A stretch of 64,000 nucleotides of DNA from Mageeibacillus sp. UBA5439 (GTDB lineage Bacteria; Bacillota; Clostridia; Saccharofermentanales; DTU023), in the NCBI GenBank assembly GCA_002427505.1, contig DIRJ01000038.1, positions 45,659-109,658 of the forward strand, in the 5' to 3' direction. Shown piece by piece: positions 53,425 through 62,822 of this stretch. The notes below the pieces were generated by a model. The model searched no databases. It was given only the letters and a program-made list of their open reading frames with translations, and was not told where the DNA came from. Positions within the stretch are counted from its first letter, which is position 1; each line of letters starts with the position of its first letter. Both the position numbers and the translations under genes were made by a program.

Positions 53425-54531
53425 TCAGGCCTTAAAATTATATTCGGGTTTTATGTGGTGTAAAACATCAACAGTATCCTTGATCAGGCCGCTGATTTCC
53501 TCCATAGGCTTATAGGCAGCAGGGCTTTCATCCAGAGTCGAAATTTTGACAGACGTGGTATATATGCCGACCATATCCTCATGCAGATTCTTTAAAGACA
53601 GCTCTTTCCTGGCCCGGCTTCGCGACATAATGCGCCCGGCACCATGCGGCGCTGAACAGTTCCAGTCCGGATTACCCAGGCCCCTGCAGATAAAGGACCC
53701 GTCGCGCATATTAAAGGGTATCAGGGCCAGTTCAGCTGCCTGAGCTGATATCGCACCTTTGCGCAGAATCATGTTCTCCATATCAATATAGTTGTGAGTT
53801 GTAGTGAAATCCTCTGCTACTTCCAGTTCCATATTCCGGACAATAACATCGATCATTGCCTTGCGGTTAAGCACGGCATAACGCTGCATGACCTGCATGT
53901 CATGACAGTAATCATCCATTGATTGTCCTTGCAGATAGGCGAGATCCCGCAAGGAATGCGGCTGCTCCTTTTGGGCCAGCTTTTGGTAATGCTGGGCTAT
54001 CTGCAGGCCTATATGACGCGAGCCGGAATGGACCACCAGATAAAGCCTGCCTTCCTCATCGCGGTTGCCTTCAATGAAGTGATTACCACCGCCCAATGTA
54101 CCCAATGAAAGGTAGGCTCTGTCCATTTTTAATTTTGCATCGTTCTTGCCGCCCTGACGGGCGCGGAGCTTTGACAGGTCAATTGCTTCCAGGTAAGGAT
54201 GGGGACGCTTGCGGATGTCGTGCCCTGCCGGTATTTTTTCCCGGATGAGCCGGTCCAGCCGGCCCCAGTCTATTTCTTTATCTGCCAGACGGATGGTTTC
54301 CATGCCGCAGCCAATATCAACCCCGACCAGATTCGGCACTACTTTGTCTGTAATCGTCATGGTCGTGCCGATTGTTGATCCGGCGCCGGCATGTACATCC
54401 GGCATAATACGAATCCTGCTGCCTGCAACAAAGGGCTGGTCACAGAGAGTCTGTATCTGCTCTCTCGCTGTCGGTTCAAGGTAATTAGCAAACACTTTGG
54501 CAGCGTTATATTTACCACTGATGATAATCAC
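53425..54531 (-). CDS. rtcB: RtcB family RNA 3'-phosphate ligase (short, 368 aa)
   Basis: IMPDVHAGAGSTIGTTM, GGGNHF, and C-terminal SAPHGAGR (guanylyl-His block). GTG start with AAGGAG SD. Confidence 0.85.
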   Translation of the reverse strand: MIIISGKYNAAKVFANYLEPTAREQIQTLCDQPFVAGSRIRIMPDVHAGAGSTIGTTMTITDKVVPNLVGVDIGCGMETIRLADKEIDWGRLDRLIREKIPAGHDIRKRPHPYLEAIDLSKLRARQGGKNDAKLKMDRAYLSLGTLGGGNHFIEGNRDEEGRLYLVVHSGSRHIGLQIAQHYQKLAQKEQPHSLRDLAYLQGQSMDDYCHDMQVMQRYAVLNRKAMIDVIVRNMELEVAEDFTTTHNYIDMENMILRKGAISAQAAELALIPFNMRDGSFICRGLGNPDWNCSAPHGAGRIMSRSRARKELSLKNLHEDMVGIYTTSVKISTLDESPAAYKPMEEISGLIKDTVDVLHHIKPEYNFKA

Positions 54532-54851
54532 CGGTCACTCCTTCCGCTTCTGTTAAAGCTCCTGAAGAAGCTCTGCTATGCAGGGCCATTATACTAAAGA
54601 CCCCGCAATTCACTGTAACTAAGTGCTTCCACAGAATAGCCGGTCAGAGCATATCAGCAAGAAATAAAAAAATCTTTTGCAAGCATAGGCTTTAGTCGTT
54701 AAGCGGTCACAAACAGGCAGATCCGCTTTAGTAATATCTGCTATCTTAGAACAGGCGGCAGGATCTTATCCGATTGCCGTGCCAATAAGGGTTAATCATT
54801 AGTCAGTCCGTTATAATGAACTGAGTAAGCTCATTAAGAGGGGGATATTCA

Positions 54852-55379
54852 ATGCAGGATTTATTATTTGTTGTAGACATGCAAAACGACTTCATCGATG
54901 GCAGCCTGGGCACTAAAGAAGCTAAAGCCATTGTGCCTCGCGTGCGTGAGCTCATTGACAGCTACCCGGCAGATAAAGTCTATTTTACCCGCGACACCCA
55001 TCAGGAAAACTATCTTGATACACAGGAAGGCAGAAATCTGCCGGTTCTGCACTGTATCGAAGGCAGCCAGGGCTGGCAGATAGAGGCCTCCTTAGATCAA
55101 AGACGTACAACTGCTGCCATCGACAAAGCCGCCTTCGGCTCAGTTGAACTGGCCCGTCTTCTGGAAGAACTCAACGAGGCAGAAGAGATTCGCAGCCTGC
55201 GTTTTGTCGGCCTTTGCACTGACATCTGTGTCATATCGAACTCTCTGATCGCCAAAGCTGTGTTGCCGGAAGCAGAAATTATCGTGGACGCTTCCGCCTG
55301 CGCCGGCGTCACACCCGGTCAGCATCAGACAGCCTTAGCTGCCATGAAAGCCTGTCAGATTACAATTGAAAACGGCTAA
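54852..55379 (+). CDS. isochorismatase-family cysteine hydrolase (nicotinamidase-like)
   Basis: VVDMQNDF and GLCTDICV motifs. Confidence 0.8.
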   Translation: MQDLLFVVDMQNDFIDGSLGTKEAKAIVPRVRELIDSYPADKVYFTRDTHQENYLDTQEGRNLPVLHCIEGSQGWQIEASLDQRRTTAAIDKAAFGSVELARLLEELNEAEEIRSLRFVGLCTDICVISNSLIAKAVLPEAEIIVDASACAGVTPGQHQTALAAMKACQITIENG

Positions 55380-55400
55380 GAACATCCAGGCTTAGCCGCT

Positions 55401-55793
55401 TTACTGATTTAATGCATTGTACACAGCGGCCTTGATCACTTCGCTGGAACTGGTCGCGCCGCTGATGGCGTCGACATTCACGCTTTGAGCACGGATAATA
55501 TCCGCGACAATTGCCTCAGCCGCTTTGCCTCTGATTTGCCTGTGTAAGAGAATATCTATGCCTTCAATCTCCCCGTCCCCGACGGTCACCTCCAGCCGTA
55601 CTTTTACCAGACCCGCAAATTCTTCGCCTAGATATCTGCCGGCTGCAACTTGGCTGAGGTCCAGTTCAGAGTAGTTATTTTCTCTCAGCTCGCTTGTGCG
55701 CACCCGTGCCAGCATAAAAGCCATGAATATCAGCAGCAGGAGCAGGGAAACTGCCATGGCTGCTGATAATATCATGTACCTTTTTTTCTCCAC
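55401..55793 (-). CDS. membrane-anchored FMN-binding domain protein
   Basis: N-terminal TM anchor. C-terminal VDAISGATSSSEV matches the FMN_bind flavinylation motif. Confidence 0.8.
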   Translation of the reverse strand: MEKKRYMILSAAMAVSLLLLLIFMAFMLARVRTSELRENNYSELDLSQVAAGRYLGEEFAGLVKVRLEVTVGDGEIEGIDILLHRQIRGKAAEAIVADIIRAQSVNVDAISGATSSSEVIKAAVYNALNQ

Positions 55794-55812
55794 TTATTTC
55801 TCCCGGGCAAGG

Positions 55813-56742
55813 CTAATAGCGTCCCAAAATCTCCAGAAAACAGTCGAGAAAACGCTTGTGATCAATTCCCAGCACCACATCAACCGTGCGGTCCTCGAAT
55901 TTATAATCGCTGTAGACATCTGAAACCGTCTTGCCGCGCGTCAATTTGCCCTTTGTTTCAATTTTAACACCGGCCCGCTCAGACCTGAAAAGATCGGGAT
56001 ATATTAGATAAAGAAAGGTGCAGGGATCGTGCATAGCAACAGAATCAAGATTATAGAGTTTTTTGGCCCAAGTCAGAGTCTGACGCATAGAAGCGGCCAT
56101 AAAAGCGCCCTGTTCATTGACAGCATTAATCCTGTCAATAGCAGGCTCATCCAGATAGGCCTGCATAGTCACATCCAGACCCAGCATGGAGATGTCAAGC
56201 CCGGCGCTGAACACAATATCCGCAGCTTCGGGATCAAAATAGATATTGAACTCAGCAACAGGAGTCGTATTTCCATAAGAAACAGCCCCGCCCATCAGGA
56301 CTACACGCCTGATTTTTTCCTTCAAATCTTTATATTTCAGCAAAGCTAAGGCCAGATTGGTCAGTGGCCCGATCATGACCACAATAAGCTCGCCGTCTTC
56401 TGCGCAGGCCGCCCGGTAAATAGCATCCCAGGCCGGCAGTTCTTCATGTCCGGCCGTCGAAACAGGCAGGGTCTGGCCCCCTAGACCATTCTTGCCGTGG
56501 ATCTCTCGTGCGAAATGCGGTTCAGCCAGCAGGGGCCGGTCCGCCCCCTTATGCACCGGCACATCAAGGCCGGTATAGGCCAGCAGATTGCGGGCATTCT
56601 CATAGGTGTGGACAAGCTCCACATTCCCTGCGCAGGCGGAAACACCCACAAGCTCAATTTCCGGCATTTTTGCCGCCAAAATAATCGCAGCTGCGTCATC
56701 TACTCCGGGATCAGCGTCAAGCCATACTTTCATTGCTGTCAT
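55813..56742 (-). CDS. nucleoside hydrolase (IUNH family)
   Basis: N-terminal DADPGVDDA (DxDxxxDD) motif. 309 aa. Confidence 0.88.
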   Translation of the reverse strand: MTAMKVWLDADPGVDDAAAIILAAKMPEIELVGVSACAGNVELVHTYENARNLLAYTGLDVPVHKGADRPLLAEPHFAREIHGKNGLGGQTLPVSTAGHEELPAWDAIYRAACAEDGELIVVMIGPLTNLALALLKYKDLKEKIRRVVLMGGAVSYGNTTPVAEFNIYFDPEAADIVFSAGLDISMLGLDVTMQAYLDEPAIDRINAVNEQGAFMAASMRQTLTWAKKLYNLDSVAMHDPCTFLYLIYPDLFRSERAGVKIETKGKLTRGKTVSDVYSDYKFEDRTVDVVLGIDHKRFLDCFLEILGRY

Positions 56743-57686
56743 TCTCTCACCTCCCCGTAAGATTCCAGCGACTCACAGAGCAGGTCAATAAACTTGTCAC
56801 GGTCGATGCCCATCACTACATTCATGTTAGGCTCCTGCCCCCAGACGCCATAAGGGTCAGCTACTGTAGCAGCGCGGCAATAGTCTGCGGACAGCTCAAC
56901 ATCCACAAAACAGGGTCTCATGGTCAGAATTTCTGGATTTGTTAAAGCGATAACTGCCACAGCATCATGAACCGGTGCCCCGCTGTAGCCTTTTGCCTTA
57001 TGAAAAAGATAGAAGAAATCAAGCCACTCGGCTACAATTCGCGCGACCGGGTTATCAATCTTGCGCATGCGCTCTATATCAGCAGGTTTTACCAGAGCCT
57101 GTTCCGTTACATCCAGACCACACATGGTCAGTGGCAGTCCGGAATGAAAAACGACATATGCCGCTTCCGGGTCGACCAGGATATTAAACTCCGCAGCCGG
57201 CGTCCAATTGCCATAGGCAGCTCCGCCGCCCATGAAACAGATATGCGCAATTTTTTCTTTCAGCTCAGGATGAGTCAGCAAAAGCAGGGCCACATTGGTC
57301 AGAGGTCCTGTCGGCACTATAGTGACCGGTTCTTCCGCTTCCCGCAGTATCTTTGCCATCAGGTCAAGAGCACTCAGTTCCTGCAGTTCAATCGCAGGAG
57401 CGGGTAAATCAGGTCCATCCAGACCTGACTCGCCATGAACAGATGGTGCAGCAATATGTTCAGTAAACAAAGGCTTGACTGCACCCCGGGCGATCGCCAC
57501 ATCTTTGCCCAGTAAAGTCCAGATCTTTCTGCTGTTCAAAGTTGTCTTGTCCAGAGAAACATTACCAGCCACTGTGCTAACGGCAAGAATGTCCAGTTGG
57601 GGCGACGACGCCGCCAAAGTCCAGGCAATGGCGTCGTCGTGGCCGGGGTCACCGTCCAAAAAGACGGGGATCTTTTTCATCTTCAT
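56739..57686 (-). CDS. nucleoside hydrolase (IUNH family), paralogue
   Basis: N-terminal DGDPGHDDA motif. 315 aa. 4-nt overlap with the next hydrolase gene. Confidence 0.88.
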   Translation of the reverse strand: MKMKKIPVFLDGDPGHDDAIAWTLAASSPQLDILAVSTVAGNVSLDKTTLNSRKIWTLLGKDVAIARGAVKPLFTEHIAAPSVHGESGLDGPDLPAPAIELQELSALDLMAKILREAEEPVTIVPTGPLTNVALLLLTHPELKEKIAHICFMGGGAAYGNWTPAAEFNILVDPEAAYVVFHSGLPLTMCGLDVTEQALVKPADIERMRKIDNPVARIVAEWLDFFYLFHKAKGYSGAPVHDAVAVIALTNPEILTMRPCFVDVELSADYCRAATVADPYGVWGQEPNMNVVMGIDRDKFIDLLCESLESYGEVRE

Positions 57687-57688
57687 CT

Positions 57689-58645
57689 TTACTCCCCGTC
57701 AGAAGTACTGATCTGTCTGCGACGTTTGTCTGCTTTACGCTTGGAACTCCAGACAAAGACAACCAGACCGATTATAGTAACCAGATATGGAATCGCTGCC
57801 ACCAGGAAAGATGATACCCCCTGAATACCGGATACGCGTGTTTCCAGCGCTTGTGCGAAACCGAATATTAATGAGCTGAGCATGGCACCCACCGGCTGCC
57901 CGCGGCCCATAGCCTCTGCAGCCAATGCGATAAAGCCGCGTCCTGCGATCATGCCCACATTCCAGCTTTGCGAATAATACATGGACATAAAGGCACCGCC
58001 AAGTCCGGCTAAGGCCCCCGACATAATGAGGGCTATATACTGGACACGCTTAACGGATATACCAACAGAACGGGCTGCATTGCTGTTTTCACCTACAGCA
58101 CGGATATTCAGACCTGTAGATGTACGATTCAGCATGAAGCGCACAACAAAAACCAGAATAAAGGCCAGGTAAGTCAACACCGCATGACCGGATAGTATGG
58201 AACCAAGCACCGGAATATCCTTCAGCAAAGGAATTTTTACCGTGGGAATGAGAATATTGGACGAACTCAGTGAGCTGGTATTGCCACGCAAGCCGGTAAA
58301 CATGTAGAGTAAAAAGATCGTGCCGCCGCCGCCCAGCATATTAATCGCAATACCGGTCAGAATAATATCTGTGCGCAGGCGTAAGGCAAAAAAGCCCATC
58401 ATCAGGCCTAAGACCATGCCGACAAGAACCGCTCCTAAAACGCCCACAAGCCAGCTTTGTGTCCAGTAGCTGATCAGGGTACCAAAGAGAGCTGCTATAC
58501 TCATCATTCCGTCAAGGCCGATATTCGTCACGCCTGCTTTTTCGGCAATGATAGCTCCCAGTGCTGCAAAGAGGATGGGCGCTGTAATTCTAAAAATAGC
58601 AAAGACAAATTCCGCGTTAAATACTGTACTCCAAAATCCAGACAT
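57689..58645 (-). CDS. ABC transporter permease (BMP/nucleoside-type)
   Basis: 318 aa polytopic protein, in operon between the permease and hydrolase genes. Confidence 0.85.
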   Translation of the reverse strand: MSGFWSTVFNAEFVFAIFRITAPILFAALGAIIAEKAGVTNIGLDGMMSIAALFGTLISYWTQSWLVGVLGAVLVGMVLGLMMGFFALRLRTDIILTGIAINMLGGGGTIFLLYMFTGLRGNTSSLSSSNILIPTVKIPLLKDIPVLGSILSGHAVLTYLAFILVFVVRFMLNRTSTGLNIRAVGENSNAARSVGISVKRVQYIALIMSGALAGLGGAFMSMYYSQSWNVGMIAGRGFIALAAEAMGRGQPVGAMLSSLIFGFAQALETRVSGIQGVSSFLVAAIPYLVTIIGLVVFVWSSKRKADKRRRQISTSDGE

Positions 58646-59773
58646 TTATTTGCCCTCCTGCACAGTTTTAGCTTCCATTGCAGCTAACTCATCCTGGGCG
58701 TTTTTAACCACCAGTTTTTGACGTGCACCTGAGAGGAATTGTTCGGCGGCAAAGAAGAGAAAGATCGCTGCCTGAATAATCGCTATCATTTCTGACGGCA
58801 CATCGCTGTGTGTTGACATCAGTTGGCAGCCTCGGTCCAGATAGGCCAGGAAGAAGGCTGCGAACGGCACAAAGGCCGGGTTATTTCGGGCCAGAATAGC
58901 TATGGTGATTCCGGTCCAGCCATATCCCGGCAGCTCTTTCCAGAGGAAGGTGTTATAACGTCCCAGAACTTCAATGGCACCGCCCATGCCCGAAAGCAAA
59001 CCGCCGATAAACTGCGCTAAAATCAGAGTTGAAGCCACGTTCATGCCGGAATATTTGGCAAAATTGGGGTTTACGCCAATCATGCGGACCTGATAACCCC
59101 AACGCGTGCGATACATGAAAATCGCAGTTATCACAACAAAAACCAAGGCTATCAGGAAACCATAAGTCAGGCGGGAGCCGCCAGTTACCAGCTGAGGAAT
59201 TTTTGCAGTTTCAATAAAGGGAAAGCTTTGGGTTGATCCCTTGGAGCGGTCCGCGAAGACGTTATTCAGATAATGCATGATGATATACATGACAACATAG
59301 TTGAACATCAGGGATGACACCATCTCGCTGGCGCCGACTTTGACACGCAAGAGCGCGGGAATCAAAGTTACCAGCCCACCAACCAGTGTACCGACCAGGA
59401 CAGCAACCACAGGGTGCACACCGGCCGGCATCGGTACATAAATAGCAATCAGAGATGCAACAAAGCCACCGGCCATTACTGCGCCCTCACCACCCAGATT
59501 AAACATATCGGCGGAGAACATGACACAAACACCAAGGCCGGTGAACATGGTCGGGATCATCAGGGCTAAGATCTGATAGAGGGACTGCACGTTGAAAGCA
59601 GCACTTTCACCGCGGAAATTCACCAAAGGTGCAATCAATAATTGTTTCAGGGCTTCAAAAGGTTCATCTGAGGCCAGAAATATAAATATAGCCGCCACGG
59701 CCAGGGCAAGTATAATAGCTGCGAGACCACGCAGTATATTAAATACGACCATTCTGCGTTTATACATATGCAA
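58646..59773 (-). CDS. ABC transporter permease (BMP/nucleoside-type)
   Basis: 375 aa polytopic protein. Abuts the next permease with no gap. Confidence 0.85.
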   Translation of the reverse strand: MHMYKRRMVVFNILRGLAAIILALAVAAIFIFLASDEPFEALKQLLIAPLVNFRGESAAFNVQSLYQILALMIPTMFTGLGVCVMFSADMFNLGGEGAVMAGGFVASLIAIYVPMPAGVHPVVAVLVGTLVGGLVTLIPALLRVKVGASEMVSSLMFNYVVMYIIMHYLNNVFADRSKGSTQSFPFIETAKIPQLVTGGSRLTYGFLIALVFVVITAIFMYRTRWGYQVRMIGVNPNFAKYSGMNVASTLILAQFIGGLLSGMGGAIEVLGRYNTFLWKELPGYGWTGITIAILARNNPAFVPFAAFFLAYLDRGCQLMSTHSDVPSEMIAIIQAAIFLFFAAEQFLSGARQKLVVKNAQDELAAMEAKTVQEGK

Positions 59774-61355
59774 GCTCCTCCAGCTCTTTCTTTTCCTGTC
59801 TTCTCAGGCCCAGCATGTACTCACCCATCACTTCGTCTGTCAGAGTACTGGTATCGTCAAAGCTGGCCACTATTTCACCGCCGTAGAAGATCAGAAGGCG
59901 ATCTGACATTTCCATGACTTCACTCAGATCTGCTGAAACCAGAAGCACAGCAGCACCTTCACGGCTCAGGTCAAGCAGTCGCTTCCTGATAAACTCCGTC
60001 GCCCCGACATCAATTCCCCGTGTCGGCTGGTCAGCAATGATCAGATGCGGACGGCTGGAAAATTCGCGCGCAACCACCACTTTCTGGATATTTCCACCCG
60101 AAAGCATGTCTACCTGCTGCGACTGATTTTTTGCTACAATCCTGTATTCCTTAATCAGTTGTTCAGTATCTTTCTGTATTTTCTTAGCCCGGAAAAAGGG
60201 CCCGACATTATATTCCTTATTTGCGTAACGGTCCGCCAGGATATTGTCAGTAATGCTGCCTGAAGCTGCTATACCATAAAGCATGCGGTCTTCCGGAATC
60301 AGGGACACACCCATTTCACGGATGACCCGCTGGCTTTTGCCCAATATGCTTGCATTATTAACCTTAACTTCACCGGTATGCGCATTGCGCAGGCCAAAGA
60401 GAATATCGACAAGTTCTTTTTGTCCATTACCCTCAACGCCGGCGATACCGACAATTTCTCCGGCTCGCACGTCAAAGGAAACATTATCAAGCATCAGCTT
60501 GTTCCACTCATTGGTGTAGCTGACGTTTTCCACAGAAAGAACCACTTCCCGCGGGTCGGCTTCATCTTTTTCCAGCTCTAAAAGAACATCACGTCCCACC
60601 ATGAGACGGGAAATCTCCTGTTCAGTGATAGCGGCTGTATTGTGCACACCCATGAAGCGGCCGCCCCGCATGATCGTCATGCGGTCTGTGAGTTCTTTTA
60701 TTTCATTCAAACGGTGGGAAATAAAGATGATGGTAAAACCATCATCGCGCAGATTCCGCAGCTGCTGGAAAAGTTCTACCGTTTCATTTGAGGTCAACAC
60801 AGCGGTAGGTTCATCCAGAATCAATATTTCAGCGCCCCTGAGCAGAGCCTTCAAAATCTCAATTTTCTGTTTCATGCCGACCGGAATGTCCATGACGCGT
60901 TTCTCCGCGTCGATCTTAAAGTTGTAGCGTTCAGCTATCTCCGTCGTCATCCTGACAGCTGCCTGGTAATCAATGGCTATACCTTTTTTGGGCGGCATGC
61001 CCAAAACCATATTTTCCGCAACAGTCAGGCTTGGCACCAGCATCAGGTGTTGGTGAACCATGCCGATTCCATGCTCAATCGCCTGGGCCGGAGATGCCAG
61101 CTGCACCTCTTTCCCATTAAGCAGGATTTCACCTGCTGTGGGCTGTTCCATGCCAAAAAGCATCTTGACCAGCGTTGATTTGCCGGCCCCGTTTTCACCT
61201 ATCAAGGCATGGATTTCGCCCTTGCGAACCGAAAAATTAACATTTTGATTTGCTGCGATTCCGTTGGGATATACCTTGGAAATATTCCTCATGTCAACTG
61301 CGAGTTCAATATTCTGAGCCGTATCGTTAGCAGCTCCCATCGGCTTTTCCTCCAC
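59760..61355 (-). CDS. ABC transporter ATP-binding protein with duplicated NBD
   Basis: 531 aa. First cassette GENGAGKST...LILDEPT. Second cassette LSGGNIQK...IIADQPTRGID. Confidence 0.9.
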   Translation of the reverse strand: MEEKPMGAANDTAQNIELAVDMRNISKVYPNGIAANQNVNFSVRKGEIHALIGENGAGKSTLVKMLFGMEQPTAGEILLNGKEVQLASPAQAIEHGIGMVHQHLMLVPSLTVAENMVLGMPPKKGIAIDYQAAVRMTTEIAERYNFKIDAEKRVMDIPVGMKQKIEILKALLRGAEILILDEPTAVLTSNETVELFQQLRNLRDDGFTIIFISHRLNEIKELTDRMTIMRGGRFMGVHNTAAITEQEISRLMVGRDVLLELEKDEADPREVVLSVENVSYTNEWNKLMLDNVSFDVRAGEIVGIAGVEGNGQKELVDILFGLRNAHTGEVKVNNASILGKSQRVIREMGVSLIPEDRMLYGIAASGSITDNILADRYANKEYNVGPFFRAKKIQKDTEQLIKEYRIVAKNQSQQVDMLSGGNIQKVVVAREFSSRPHLIIADQPTRGIDVGATEFIRKRLLDLSREGAAVLLVSADLSEVMEMSDRLLIFYGGEIVASFDDTSTLTDEVMGEYMLGLRRQEKKELEELAYV

Positions 61356-61446
61356 TTCTTCGTCTCCTATTGAAGAATAGCGGATGACCGTAAGACGATC
61401 ATCCGCTTATTCAATTTTCCACTAAAATTAGTACTCGCTTAAGAGC

Positions 61447-62637
61447 TTATGGCTGCAGTGAATCTCTCAGGCTTTCAGCTGCTCCTTCTGTATCGCCGAT
61501 AGCAGTAGGAACTTCGATGCTGCCATCGACAATGCCAGCTGTAGCTTCGTCAACCAGTGCCTTGATTTCGTCAGTTGCATAGGTAGCGAAGTTTTTGTCA
61601 GTTACGATGCCGACTCCACCTTCGGGGATACCGAGGAGAATGTTTTCACCGTAATGCTCACGGCCTGCATCCAGTTCGTCAAAGAACCAGACGATTGAAT
61701 TACCGATATTTTTCAGTCCGCTGGTCAGTGTGATTGCCGCCAGTTCCTTGGACAAGGTCAGCTCCTGGTCAGAGTCAACGCCGATGAACCAGGCTTTGCC
61801 GGTTTCCAGGGCAGCTTCTGCTGCACCGTTACCTGAGTTTCCGGCTACACCCCAGATGATGTCGCAGTTATTGTCGTTAATCATGGAAAGGGCTAATTCT
61901 TTAGCTCTGGCCGGATCAACATAGCTGTTGACATAACGTGTATCAACCTTAATGTCTTCGTTGGCATACTGGGCACCCAAGAGGAAGCCGTACAGGAAGT
62001 CGTTGATTACGGGGCTGTCAATGCCGCCGACAAAACCTACGACTGAATCGCCATTGATGTTTTCCAGATCGGTCTCCAGGGTCATAGCACCTGCAAAGAC
62101 ACCTACCAGATAACCCATGTCGTTTTGTTTGTAGTTGATATTGATGATGTTGTCGCCATCACCTTCTGAGTCGTAAATCAAATACTTTTGATCAGGATAT
62201 TCAGCTGCTACTTCGTTCAGATATTCAGGCATCTGATAAGTTCCGCAGACAATCAGGTCATACTCACCTGATTCGGAAACTTCATAAAGAGTGCTGAGCC
62301 ATTTAGGCTGATCTTCGTCATCACCACCCATTTCGATGGTGCGATAGGTAATACGTCCAGCTGCTGCTAATTCGGCCAATCCGGCTTCTGCTGAGTCAAA
62401 GAATGATCTGTCTCCCAGAGTACCGTTAACCAGATTGACAACGTTATAAACTTTTCCTGCCGGTTCGGTCGGTTCTTCACCGCCCGGTTCGGTCGGATCT
62501 TCGCCGGCCGGTTCGCTGGCATCAGGAGCTTGTGTTGTTGACGGGTTTGTAGGCTCTGCCGGCGTTGAAGGTGCACAAGACGCCACCATGGCCACAACCA
62601 TAATCAGGCTTAGCAAAGTCATTAGAAATTTTTTCAT
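61447..62637 (-). CDS. BMP family (PnrA/Med-like) ABC substrate-binding lipoprotein
   Basis: Signal peptide with lipobox VASC. Acidic Pro-rich repeat spacer. BMP-like body. Confidence 0.85.
   Translation of the reverse strand: MKKFLMTLLSLIMVVAMVASCAPSTPAEPTNPSTTQAPDASEPAGEDPTEPGGEEPTEPAGKVYNVVNLVNGTLGDRSFFDSAEAGLAELAAAGRITYRTIEMGGDDEDQPKWLSTLYEVSESGEYDLIVCGTYQMPEYLNEVAAEYPDQKYLIYDSEGDGDNIININYKQNDMGYLVGVFAGAMTLETDLENINGDSVVGFVGGIDSPVINDFLYGFLLGAQYANEDIKVDTRYVNSYVDPARAKELALSMINDNNCDIIWGVAGNSGNGAAEAALETGKAWFIGVDSDQELTLSKELAAITLTSGLKNIGNSIVWFFDELDAGREHYGENILLGIPEGGVGIVTDKNFATYATDEIKALVDEATAGIVDGSIEVPTAIGDTEGAAESLRDSLQP
62460..62520 (-). repeat. in-frame 24-bp tandem repeat (2.5 copies) in the lipoprotein spacer
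   Basis: ccggttcggtcggttcttcaccgc, then ccggttcggtcggatcttcgccgg, then ccggttcgctggc. Encodes the EPAGEDPTEPGGEEPTEPAG spacer segment. Confidence 0.85.
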
Positions 62638-62822
62638 TTTTTCCTCCCTTGAAATTGCATCAAAGTATTTTTATCTTGCAATTTACATTATATCTAAGTA
62701 TAAACATCTAAGTTTCCTTGTCAATTCCATAAAATTGACCAATACTCCAGGCAAAGCATGTGGCACAATGTAGAATATTACAATCAATAAAATACAAAAT
62801 AGAAAGTTTAAAAGCGATATAA

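Noticed and set aside
54532-54851. Considered a structured RNA gene (SRP, 6S or Y-RNA-like) in the long rtcB upstream region.
   Set aside because: Only weak 6-bp inverted repeats are visible by eye, and there is no SRP-like GGAAGCAGC-type motif. It is kept as a low-interest item to scan, not as a feature.
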